In this document: positions 30,257-39,076 of the stretch, one piece after another
How positions within the stretch are numbered: the stretch's first letter is position 1
Layout: every line of letters starts with the position of its first letter
Assembly: GCA_040769165.1 (NCBI GenBank)
Contig: JAXGLP010000001.1
Location: 1,451,702 to 1,515,701 of the forward strand
Source: Armatimonadota bacterium
GTDB taxonomy: Bacteria > Armatimonadota > UBA5829 > DSUL01
Direction: 5' to 3'
Length of the DNA stretch: 64,000 nt
Program-made: the position numbers and the translations under genes
The notes under the pieces: model-generated
The model's input: only the letters and a program-made list of their open reading frames with translations
Told to the model about the DNA's origin: nothing
Database searches by the model: none

Positions 30257-32485
30257 TCAGAGCGGCATAATGTCCGCCTGGTCGCGCACCCTGAGCACTC
30301 GCACCAGCGCCCCTTCAACCAACTCGCACGAGCTGATGCCGGTGACGCCGACGTAATAGCCCTCCAGCGGAAGCACGACGCCCTCCGGCGCCGCGCACTT
30401 CAGAATCACGCCCGACCCGTCGTCAATGAAGAAGTACCCGCCGGACGATGAGAGCGCTCCCGTCTGAATCAGCCCCCAGGTCCTGACGAGAAGCCCCACG
30501 TTGTTCAGGCCGAAGAACCCCTCGACCCCGCGCTGGCCCGCGCCGGTGGCGGCATCGTAACTCCGATCCCCGCCAACAATCGCCCGGTTCGGCATTCCGA
30601 GCGGCGTCACGGCCTGCACGGCGCGCGACAGCGTCACCCCGTACGCCGCGATCTTGCGCTCACCATCCACCGTCACCATCGAGCCCTCGATGCTCGTGAC
30701 AACAGCGTCGCGGCTCACCTCAGCGCCCCCGATGACACCGATTCCGTAAGCCCTGTCAGAATCCTCGATCCACCAGTCCGAACCGTCAGCGTGTGTCACG
30801 GAGCAGAGGCCCGTGAAGTCCGCCGGCATACCGTCGGGCTGAGATTTCGCGGCCTCGAAGCCGGACTGCGCGGGAAGGGCCACTTCCGACATATCCTCAC
30901 CTGCGCTGCCGTCCGGATCAGTAGCGACAGCCTTCAGGAAGTAGAGCCCCGGCGGCTTCGCCGTTGTGTCCCACATCACCGACCAGCCGTCACTGGGATC
31001 TAAGTCGGCGCCAATCGGCTGCCACCCGTCGCTGGCCGATGCGCGCTCTCCCGCCGGCGGAGGGCTGCCGGTCATCTGAAAGCCGCTCCCCATGGATGCC
31101 GTGAACTGATTCGGCCCCGACGCAGGGTATGTGAGGGTGCCGTTCGGGCTGACCCTGTAGGTCTCGCTTTTGCCGTTCGCCGGGTTCGTGAACGTCACCT
31201 CGTTGTAGGGATTGCCCTTCTCGTCCTTCTTCTGGTTGTCGTCCACCTTGCTCACAGCCATTGCGTGTCCCCAGCCGTTCGGGCCGCGAATGCAGATTCC
31301 CACCCCCTGCACCTTTCCGGCGGGCTCGGTCATGGCTTTCTTGAGCTTCTTCATGTCAATCGGGCCGGTGATCTCGTTGTACTTCCAGTCAAAGCCCGGG
31401 CACTTCTCTTTCAGATTCCCGAGAACCAGTTGGGACCCTGACTTCGCGCCGTCATCGCTCGTGCCGCCAGCCGTTGTGCCTTTCTTGTCGGCAAGGTTGT
31501 AGACCAGAAGCTGCCTCCCCACCGTCTCGGAGTGGTTCGGGTTGTAGGGGTGATTGGTGTAGTAGTTCCTCACCTGCGGATTGGTCCAGAGGATGCTGGC
31601 CTGCGCGCAGGGGTGACACATGTACTTGCCCGGTTTCTCGGGCGGCCAGTTGTACTGGCCCTGAATGAAGCTTACTGTCGGCAGGGAGACAATCACGGGG
31701 GCCTGCTGCTCGAAGAAGAGCACCTGGTTTGCGCCCTGTGCTCCAGATGCTGTGACGGGCACAACTCCATAGCACCTCCCCCCGAAGGGCGGCGAAGTGA
31801 TCTCTGGCACTGGCGGCGTGTGGTCGAGCCACACCTGGCGGCTGCCGAAGTACACTCCGATGGCCGTGTTCATGGTGACGCGGGCAGTGTAGCCCCCTTC
31901 CGCGCACACACCCGTGTCCCAGTAGGCGCTCCAGCCGTCGCCCTCGGGCGCTGGCTCCGTGCCGTAGATCAGATCGGTCCCGTCGTTGTCCACACCGACG
32001 AACACGGTGAGTCCTGTGTCGTTCGAAACAACCTCGAACGCCGCGCTCAACACCTCGACCCGCGGCTGAGCCGCGCATCCCTTCAGCCGGACTTCGCCCG
32101 TTACGGTCTGCCCATTCTCCGGGTACTGGAAGGTCACAAGATCGGGCTGGTTCAGATACCAGTCGTAGCCTATGGCGGGCTCGGTGATGCCATCAGCCGA
32201 ACTGACCCGGAAGTCGTAGACGATTTCCGTTTCGAAGAGGGGCACGGTGACGCTGTGTTCCGTCACAAGCGCGGGGTCGTAAACGACGTGGGGGTACACA
32301 CCCTCGACGCCGTATTCGACAAGCGAGTCGCCCGGCAGGTCTGTATCCCACGATACCACCACAGTCATCGGCGAAGCCGGGGTGGTCTCGGGGAAGCCGG
32401 CGATCTCGACGCCGGAGGCGCAAGTCCGCAGAAGCACCAGCGCAATAGCCGCGCCGGCAAGCCTGGTCGCTCTCATCGCAGTCAT
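30257..32485 (-). CDS. Secreted multidomain protein (742 aa) with possible Cys/His peptidase core and the shared C-terminal module
   Basis: Signal peptide MTAMRATRLAGAAIALVLLRTCASG, GGAGG RBS. Central MCHPCAQAS...GWGHAMAV could be a papain-like Cys/His pair (speculative). C-terminal ~190 aa match the module shared with six other proteins. Contains a Lys-rich, lower-GC patch around 31200-31500. Confidence 0.7.
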   Translation of the reverse strand: MTAMRATRLAGAAIALVLLRTCASGVEIAGFPETTPASPMTVVVSWDTDLPGDSLVEYGVEGVYPHVVYDPALVTEHSVTVPLFETEIVYDFRVSSADGITEPAIGYDWYLNQPDLVTFQYPENGQTVTGEVRLKGCAAQPRVEVLSAAFEVVSNDTGLTVFVGVDNDGTDLIYGTEPAPEGDGWSAYWDTGVCAEGGYTARVTMNTAIGVYFGSRQVWLDHTPPVPEITSPPFGGRCYGVVPVTASGAQGANQVLFFEQQAPVIVSLPTVSFIQGQYNWPPEKPGKYMCHPCAQASILWTNPQVRNYYTNHPYNPNHSETVGRQLLVYNLADKKGTTAGGTSDDGAKSGSQLVLGNLKEKCPGFDWKYNEITGPIDMKKLKKAMTEPAGKVQGVGICIRGPNGWGHAMAVSKVDDNQKKDEKGNPYNEVTFTNPANGKSETYRVSPNGTLTYPASGPNQFTASMGSGFQMTGSPPPAGERASASDGWQPIGADLDPSDGWSVMWDTTAKPPGLYFLKAVATDPDGSAGEDMSEVALPAQSGFEAAKSQPDGMPADFTGLCSVTHADGSDWWIEDSDRAYGIGVIGGAEVSRDAVVTSIEGSMVTVDGERKIAAYGVTLSRAVQAVTPLGMPNRAIVGGDRSYDAATGAGQRGVEGFFGLNNVGLLVRTWGLIQTGALSSSGGYFFIDDGSGVILKCAAPEGVVLPLEGYYVGVTGISSCELVEGALVRVLRVRDQADIMPL

Positions 32486-32615
32486 CCCTCCATTTCTCCG
32501 GCGGGCACGGCCGCCGGAAGGATTCCGGCGGCGTCAGCGCCTGCCAGGACTGCTCAAGCCTGACACAAGACTATTTTACCACAGACCAGGACGCCTGAAG
32601 GCGGGGACGGGAATG

Positions 32616-35600
32616 CTAAAGCACAATCTGATCCGTATCAGAACGCGGCACGATCACGGGCGCGTAGCCGCCTTCCGCCGCCTCGATCCGGACGATGCCC
32701 GTCACGATGACGAAGTCCCCGGCCCCCGCCGGAGCGCTGAGCAGAGAGGCATCAACCTTCAGGCCCGCGCAGGACCCATCGGTGATGGTCAGGTAGCCAT
32801 TGCCCGCGGACAGCACCCTTCCCCAGGTTCTGACGAGCAGCCCGACGTTGTTCAGGCCCGCGCCTCCGGTGGCCCCGCGCTGTCCGGCTCCGGTCGCGCT
32901 GTCGTACAGCCAGTCCTCTCCCCCAACGTGGGAGTTAGTCATGCCGAGAGCTTCGGGCACGCCCACAAATCCGGTCTGCACAACCGACGAAGCCGCCAGA
33001 TACCGTTCCCCGCCGCTCGTGCCCAGGATTCCACACACGACAGCCGCCGCACCGTGCGGCAGTGCTGTGTTGACCACCCTGATGCCGCTGGCGCGGGAGG
33101 GATCCTCGAGGTAGTTCGCCATCGAGAACGCCGCGGTGACGACGGCGTCCGCGATGGCGACCTCCGCCGAATCAGGATAGGCCTTCATCTCGGCAACCGT
33201 GCCTCCCGGCACTTCCGTCAGCGTACAGTCGTCGAAGGCATTGATGTTCCACTCGAGAGGGAGAATCTGCTGAGCATCCAGATACACTGTGATATACGAA
33301 GAAGACGCGCGAGCGCAGACGCAGATCTGCTGCCAGCCGCCGGACGTCGAACGCGGCGACCAGACTATGGACGATGACCCGGAGTCCGTGCCGCCCGCCG
33401 GATCTATCCCCACCCTGTTGTTCGCATTCGCCGCGTCTCCGCCCGCGACGTAGGTCTGGCTGTAAGCGCAGAACCTGTAGAACCTACCCTGCACGACAGG
33501 CACGCGCTGATAGAACCCGCCGCTCTTCGCATCGTAGCTGGCCGCGCTCCCGGCGTAGTTCACCCCGCTTCTCGGATTGAAAGAGAAGTACCAGCCCGGC
33601 CCCTGAATCCCATTGTCTCCAGCGTCATCGAACCGCCCGTACCGCGTCCAGTACGCCTCCTGCGACTCGAAACCGGGGTTTCTCAGCACGCCGGGCTCCG
33701 GAAGAGTATCGAACGTGAAATCGCCGGACACGGCGGACGCGAAGCCCGTCGCGGAAGACACCACCCGGTAATGATAGGTCTGGCCGGGCAGCAGAGGCCC
33801 GAGCGCCAGCGCGTGGGATGTGACGGCCGCGCTCGAAACGGCCGACTGGCCGTAGCTGGTGTTCAGCCCATACTCGACCCTGCTGTCCGAGGGCACGTCC
33901 GTGGTCCACGAGATCGCCGCCCCCGTCTGCGAAATGCCGGAAGCCGTGGGCCCGGACGTGATGAGGATCGTGGGCGCGGATGCCGTCGTGAACTCCACAT
34001 CGCCCGAATAGACGCGGTTGTACCCCGCGGCGCCCGAGCTTGCGCGTGCGTGATACGTTCGGCCCGCCGACAGGCCGGAGACAAGCACGCTGTGACTCGT
34101 GACGCCGCCCGCTCCCGTCGCCGACTGCCCGTAGGCAGCCGTCTCCCCGTACTCGACCACGCTGTCGGACGCCACGTTCGTGCTCCACGTTATATACGCC
34201 GACGTGGCCGTGATGCTTTGCACGGTGGGCCCTGAAGTGATCTGCATGTTCTGCAGGCTCTGGTCCTCCGCGACGCAGATGTCGTCGAACGCGCTCTTGT
34301 TCCACTCGTACGAGCTGTTCTGCGAGTAGTGCAGGAAGACGGTGATATACGGCGAGGACGCCACAGCCTTCACCAGAGACGGTCCATACCTGTTGAACGA
34401 TGTATTCCAGTCGCTCCAGACGACGCCCGCCGCGGACGGATTTACGCCGCCAGCCGGGTCAATGCCGATGCGCCCGCGGCAGTTGCCCGGGTACTCGTTC
34501 TGGCGGTCTCCGCCCGACCAGGAATCGGAGTAGATGTATCCCGACGCCGCGTACTGAACGCCCGGAACCCCCGCCACCCGCTGATATGCCCCACCGTTCT
34601 TGACCCCCCAGCTGGCGACCGCTCCGGCGTACCTGGAGCCGCTGTGGGACGGTATCGCCCAGTTCAGGCTGCTGTACACCGTGAGGCCGTCACCAAAGCC
34701 GACCCAGGGGGAAGCCACCGCGCTTCCCGCGACGCCCGACTCGAAGCCGGGGTTCGTGAGCAGATTGGCGAGCGGGCTGATGTCAACCGTAACCGACGTT
34801 ACGCTGCCCGCCGCAACGGTCTGCGGCGCGCTCACGCCCTGAGTGTGACAGGGTTTCCAGGCTGTGACTGTGTACGAACCCGGCGGCAGGGTAGTAAACG
34901 CGAAGGAGCCGTCGGGCTGAGTCTCCTGCGTGTAATCCCCGGGAGACAGAGTCACGACAGCGCCCCCTGCGCCCGACCCGCCGCTCGTGACCGTGCCCTC
35001 TAGCGTCCCGGCGCTTGCCGACCCGACGCTCATGCAGCACACAAAGCCCTGCAGGTCCGTCGCCGGCATCGGCGCTCCGTTCAGGTGGTACGACCCGGCC
35101 GGGTAGTTGTTGCCGGTGACAAAGCAGTTGAGCCCGCCGGAGCGCGTGATCTTGAGATAGTAAGTCTGTCCCGGCACGACCGGGGCCTCGCTGACGCCGA
35201 ACGGCAGCACCCAGAGAATCGGCTGACGCACGGGAATGGACTTCGGCCCGGCCACCCGCGCGCCGTTCGGGCCGCCTTCCAGAATCTCGGCGGTCCAGCT
35301 CAGGGCGTAGTTCTCGCCGATGGCCCCGTGGAACTGGACGGCCGCCACACGGTCGCCGGTTGCGACGAAAGTCTGCCCGTGGCTGGCAACCCAGCTCGAC
35401 AGGCTGTACGTATCGCTGTCCGCACTGGCATAGTTCGTTGAGTAGTACGCCAGGCTTTTCGTGTGCGGCGCGTCGTTGTCGTAGGAGGTGGAGGTGTTCA
35501 GCGTGCCGTTCAGACTCGTATCGAAGGAGCCGGGCGTATTGCGGTCGGGCTTGTACACAAAGCCCAGCTCGTAGGAATAATGCCCCCAGTTGGGCCAGCG

Positions 35601-35945
35601 CCGGGTGGTCATCACCGGCGCGACGTCGCTCTCCGACCCCAGCGTATCAACGCACTTCATGTCGTACGCCGCATTGGCGACGTCCATCGGGACCTCGAGC
35701 CGCCCGTCCGTATCCGTCGTGCCCAACAGCACATCCCACGTGGTGTATACCTTTACCCCGGGTTTCGGGAAACCGTTCTGATCCCACACCCACACGAAAA
35801 TGGAGTGGTTCATCGCGTTCTCGTGAGAACCAATCTCGCGCCAGAACGCGAGCGAGTACCGTCCGGCGGCAAGCGCCGGAACACAGGCGAGGACGAAAGC
35901 GGCCAGAAGGATGCACAGCAGCGTCAGTCGCAGACTTTGTCGCAC
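32616..35945 (-). CDS. Secreted multidomain protein (1109 aa): carboxypeptidase-regulatory-like domain, two CBM4/9/22-like (NPGFES...) domains, two FN3 purple-acid-phosphatase-N-like domains, shared C-terminal module
   Basis: GTG start with AAAGGAG RBS; signal peptide. Internal repeats 'LTNPGFESGVAGSAVASPW...' / 'LRNPGFESQEAYWTRYGRF...' and 'ITSGPTVQSITATSAYITWSTNVASDSVVEYGETAAYGQSA' / 'ITSGPTASGISQTGAAISWTTDVPSDSRVEYGLNTSYGQSA'. C-terminal module at about 32616-33190. Confidence 0.8.
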   Translation of the reverse strand: MRQSLRLTLLCILLAAFVLACVPALAAGRYSLAFWREIGSHENAMNHSIFVWVWDQNGFPKPGVKVYTTWDVLLGTTDTDGRLEVPMDVANAAYDMKCVDTLGSESDVAPVMTTRRWPNWGHYSYELGFVYKPDRNTPGSFDTSLNGTLNTSTSYDNDAPHTKSLAYYSTNYASADSDTYSLSSWVASHGQTFVATGDRVAAVQFHGAIGENYALSWTAEILEGGPNGARVAGPKSIPVRQPILWVLPFGVSEAPVVPGQTYYLKITRSGGLNCFVTGNNYPAGSYHLNGAPMPATDLQGFVCCMSVGSASAGTLEGTVTSGGSGAGGAVVTLSPGDYTQETQPDGSFAFTTLPPGSYTVTAWKPCHTQGVSAPQTVAAGSVTSVTVDISPLANLLTNPGFESGVAGSAVASPWVGFGDGLTVYSSLNWAIPSHSGSRYAGAVASWGVKNGGAYQRVAGVPGVQYAASGYIYSDSWSGGDRQNEYPGNCRGRIGIDPAGGVNPSAAGVVWSDWNTSFNRYGPSLVKAVASSPYITVFLHYSQNSSYEWNKSAFDDICVAEDQSLQNMQITSGPTVQSITATSAYITWSTNVASDSVVEYGETAAYGQSATGAGGVTSHSVLVSGLSAGRTYHARASSGAAGYNRVYSGDVEFTTASAPTILITSGPTASGISQTGAAISWTTDVPSDSRVEYGLNTSYGQSAVSSAAVTSHALALGPLLPGQTYHYRVVSSATGFASAVSGDFTFDTLPEPGVLRNPGFESQEAYWTRYGRFDDAGDNGIQGPGWYFSFNPRSGVNYAGSAASYDAKSGGFYQRVPVVQGRFYRFCAYSQTYVAGGDAANANNRVGIDPAGGTDSGSSSIVWSPRSTSGGWQQICVCARASSSYITVYLDAQQILPLEWNINAFDDCTLTEVPGGTVAEMKAYPDSAEVAIADAVVTAAFSMANYLEDPSRASGIRVVNTALPHGAAAVVCGILGTSGGERYLAASSVVQTGFVGVPEALGMTNSHVGGEDWLYDSATGAGQRGATGGAGLNNVGLLVRTWGRVLSAGNGYLTITDGSCAGLKVDASLLSAPAGAGDFVIVTGIVRIEAAEGGYAPVIVPRSDTDQIVL

Positions 35946-36271
35946 AGGAAGGCTCCTTTCGCGCCCGGGGGCGCCACTCCACTTGTACCACCGACGCCGT
36001 GCGCTGTCAATCGCGAAAGCGCGAGCGCCTCGCCCGCCCTCCGGCGGCTGCTCCGCGCGCGCCTCGGGGTTGTTGACGGAAAAGGCTTGAAACGGTACAA
36101 AGCTGCAGAAAACTTGTGCGCAGCGGCAGGAGAGTCCAGGCCCGTTGTTGAACGCCCCGCTGATAGCGCACGAGCCAGGGAGTGGGCCGGGCCGGCGCTG
36201 ATCTGGACAGCGCTGGCTATGTGGCGGCTCGTCCGATGATGTGTATCTGTTATGAAAGGTAGACAGGGATC

Positions 36272-38776
36272 ATGAGAAACACACCCTCCATTCGCCCTGC
36301 TCGCTTACTCGGGCTTCTGGTGTGCCTGCTGGCGCTGGGAATGACGGCCGCGCCGTCGTTCGCCAACGTCTTTGCCGCACACCTGAGTGCCGCCGGAAGC
36401 GAGTGGAATTTCGGGACTCAGGGCAACCTGACCATCAACTACAGGCTCAACCAGCCTGCCACGTCCGTAACCATTGAGGTCTTCCGGGCCGCCGACCCGG
36501 CGACAGTGGTGAAGACCATCGCAGGAACGACAACCTGGGGTCTGAACACAGTTGTGTGGGACGGCACCAAGGATGGCGGCGGACTTGCTCCCAAGTCCGG
36601 CGGATACAAGTTCCGGGTCAAGGCTGAAGACGCCGTGGGCGCCAGCTCATGGACGAACATTACTCCGCTCGACGCCGGCGGCGAGATCGGCAGCGCGCAG
36701 TATTACGCGCCGCAGGGAATCGCCATCAACAAGGACCAGACGAGCCCGTTCTTCGGGCAGATCTACATCTCCAGCGCTGAGGACGCAAGCCCGTCCACCA
36801 ACCCGGGCGCGACAGCCATGGGCGACGGGCTGTTCCTGCTAATGAGTGACATGACGTTCCGGGGCGGCAGCGCCGAGACCGCCAAAGCGGCGGCCAACAG
36901 CAGCCTCATCACCGCAACTGCTGCGACACCTGACACCTACCGCTACAGCCCGTGGAAGCTGTCCATCAACCATGACAACTGGAACGAGATTGTCATGGCG
37001 GACTACCTTGACGGCTGGGAGGAAGTCTGGGTGTTCAACGCCGACGGGACGTCGGTTAAGCGGCTGCTGAACAAAGAGACCACCGGTCCGAACGCCGCGG
37101 TTGAGGCCTTCAACCACGGCAATCAGCTCGAGATCGCGATCAAGGGCGTAGGCGACAAGCGCAAGCTGTTCGGCCTCGATGAGGACAAGGACCCGGAGCC
37201 CGCGCACTCCATCACCGGGCCGCAGTTCCTGCGCTGGGACATCGGAACCGTGCAGGAGAACTTTGTTGGCCAGCCGGCGGAACTGCTGAACGGTGGATAC
37301 GTGATCCCGCCGGCGCAGATCGGCGGGGGCACCAGCACCAGCTTCTACACTGCGTTCGGAATGTACATCGGGCAGGTCAGCGGCGACGCCTACATCTGCA
37401 ACCGCCGCTATAACAACGATCTTGGTAATCAGGCCATGTTCAGGGCCGACCTGGACGCCGAAGGCAAGCTGCTTGGCACTGTTTGGGCATGGCAGACCAC
37501 GGAGCTTACCGCGGCAATACAGGCGATTGACCCGACCTTCCCGTGCTGGTGCCGCACGGACTCTATCGCGGTTGATGAAGGCCGCAAGAGAGGCGTGGCG
37601 ATCCGCGACGGATCGACAATCACTGACATAGGATGCCCTGGAACCGTCGCCGGTGGACGCGCTGTCGTGTTCGACACGGACAACGGCGCTGTGCTGGCCG
37701 CGTTCCCGGTCAGCGATACGGGCAACTCGGTCCGCGACTGCGAGTTTGACGCAGCCGGCAACCTGTACACGGGCTGCCAGTCGGACGAGCATGTGCGGAT
37801 GTGGTCACCGCCGGACGGACCGAACAGCTTCACGACCACCTACTACGGCAATGTGGCCACCAGCAACCTGAAAGTGACCGTCGAGCAGGCCGGCGCGCAG
37901 GCTGACCCGACCGGGACCAGCCCCATCAACTTCACCGCCACGTTCAGCGCCCCGGTCACCGGATTCGACTCGGCGGACGTTATCGTCGGCGGCACGGGCG
38001 AGCCGACTGGCGCAACCGTTACCGGCGGCCCGAGCGTTTACAACATCGCGGTCACCGGCATGTCCGGCAACGGCACCGTGACGGCTTCCATCGCCCCGGA
38101 CGCGGCGGTTGACGGCTCGGGCAACCCGAACCAGCCCTCCACCAGCGTGGACAACACCGTGCTGTATCAGGCGCCGGAGACGGTTGGCAAGGCGAAGACG
38201 CGCACGGACGGCACACTGGTCTGGCTGGCGGATGTTGTCGTGACGAAGATCATCGGCAACGACTTCTTCGTTCAGGACAAGGACCGCGCTGCTGGCGTGC
38301 GGGTGGTGGTTTCCGGCGGGACTCCGTCCGTTGCCGTGAACACGCTCGTTAGCCTCACCGGCACCATTGGCACGGCTGGCGCCGAGCGCATCCTCAACGT
38401 CGAACTCGCGAACATCACGGCTGGCGCCGCGTTCACGGCGGTTCCGCTGCAGACGCGCTCTGGCGATGCTGGCGGCGACAAGGTTGCCAGCGGCGCGGGG
38501 CTTCCGGATGACGGCCTGCTTGCCACCATGGCCGGCAAGGTGACCGAGACCGACTTCTACAGCTACGTCTATCTCGATGACGGCTCTGTCGTGTCGAACG
38601 ACTCCACGACCCCGGTGAAGGGCATCAAAATAGACCTGACGACGTCCACCATCGGCATCGTGCCCCTGCCCGATCAGTATGCGAAGGTCACGGGTGTGGT
38701 GCGCGCGCTTCAGGCTGGAGACAAGGTTATTCCTGTCATTCAGCCGCGCGACGACGCGGATATCGCTGTCGAGTAG
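36272..38776 (+). CDS. Secreted FlgD-Ig-like/Big-domain protein, paralog 1 (834 aa) with shared C-terminal module
   Basis: Signal peptide (...AAPSFA|NVFAAHL). N-terminal FlgD-Ig-like domain (VTIEVFRAADPATVVKTI...WDGTKDGGGLAPKSGGYKFRVKAED). Central region with NHL/propeller-like DxGNSVRD...AAGNLY. Bacterial Ig-like domain. C-terminal module at about 38180-38776. Confidence 0.85.
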   Translation: MRNTPSIRPARLLGLLVCLLALGMTAAPSFANVFAAHLSAAGSEWNFGTQGNLTINYRLNQPATSVTIEVFRAADPATVVKTIAGTTTWGLNTVVWDGTKDGGGLAPKSGGYKFRVKAEDAVGASSWTNITPLDAGGEIGSAQYYAPQGIAINKDQTSPFFGQIYISSAEDASPSTNPGATAMGDGLFLLMSDMTFRGGSAETAKAAANSSLITATAATPDTYRYSPWKLSINHDNWNEIVMADYLDGWEEVWVFNADGTSVKRLLNKETTGPNAAVEAFNHGNQLEIAIKGVGDKRKLFGLDEDKDPEPAHSITGPQFLRWDIGTVQENFVGQPAELLNGGYVIPPAQIGGGTSTSFYTAFGMYIGQVSGDAYICNRRYNNDLGNQAMFRADLDAEGKLLGTVWAWQTTELTAAIQAIDPTFPCWCRTDSIAVDEGRKRGVAIRDGSTITDIGCPGTVAGGRAVVFDTDNGAVLAAFPVSDTGNSVRDCEFDAAGNLYTGCQSDEHVRMWSPPDGPNSFTTTYYGNVATSNLKVTVEQAGAQADPTGTSPINFTATFSAPVTGFDSADVIVGGTGEPTGATVTGGPSVYNIAVTGMSGNGTVTASIAPDAAVDGSGNPNQPSTSVDNTVLYQAPETVGKAKTRTDGTLVWLADVVVTKIIGNDFFVQDKDRAAGVRVVVSGGTPSVAVNTLVSLTGTIGTAGAERILNVELANITAGAAFTAVPLQTRSGDAGGDKVASGAGLPDDGLLATMAGKVTETDFYSYVYLDDGSVVSNDSTTPVKGIKIDLTTSTIGIVPLPDQYAKVTGVVRALQAGDKVIPVIQPRDDADIAVE

Positions 38777-38840
38777 CAGTTCCGAAGCGAACTGACTGAT
38801 TCGAATGAGGGGCCCGGAGCGGAAACGCTCCGGGCCTTCT
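36450..38840 (+). repeat. Near-identical ~2.4-kb direct repeat, copy A (paralog 1 body plus terminator)
   Basis: Identical track ORFs at 36552..36842 and 42233..42523 give an offset of 5681 bp. The protein alignment shows roughly 15 substitutions over ~760 aa. Boundaries approximate. Confidence 0.8.
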
Positions 38841-38845
38841 TTCGT
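38809..38845 (+). terminator. Rho-independent terminator after paralog 1
   Basis: GGCCCGGAGCG-GAAA-CGCTCCGGGCC followed by TTCTTTCG. Confidence 0.7.
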
Positions 38846-39076
38846 CCGGGAGCAGTGCGGGCAGGTATTTGTACGGATTGACGGGAGGCGCGAGAAGCAG
38901 TACAAAGAACTAAGAAATGCGTGTCAGCCGCCCATCGCACGAGGATGCGAGCGCGTCGGCCGCATAGGCCAGCGCACTCATGTTCCGTCTTGTGCCAGGC
39001 AGCCGCCGTTCTGGATGGCGCCCGCGGGTGGCTTCCGCTTTGCTTGCTGCCTCTGCATCGAAAGGAAGAGAGGGAC

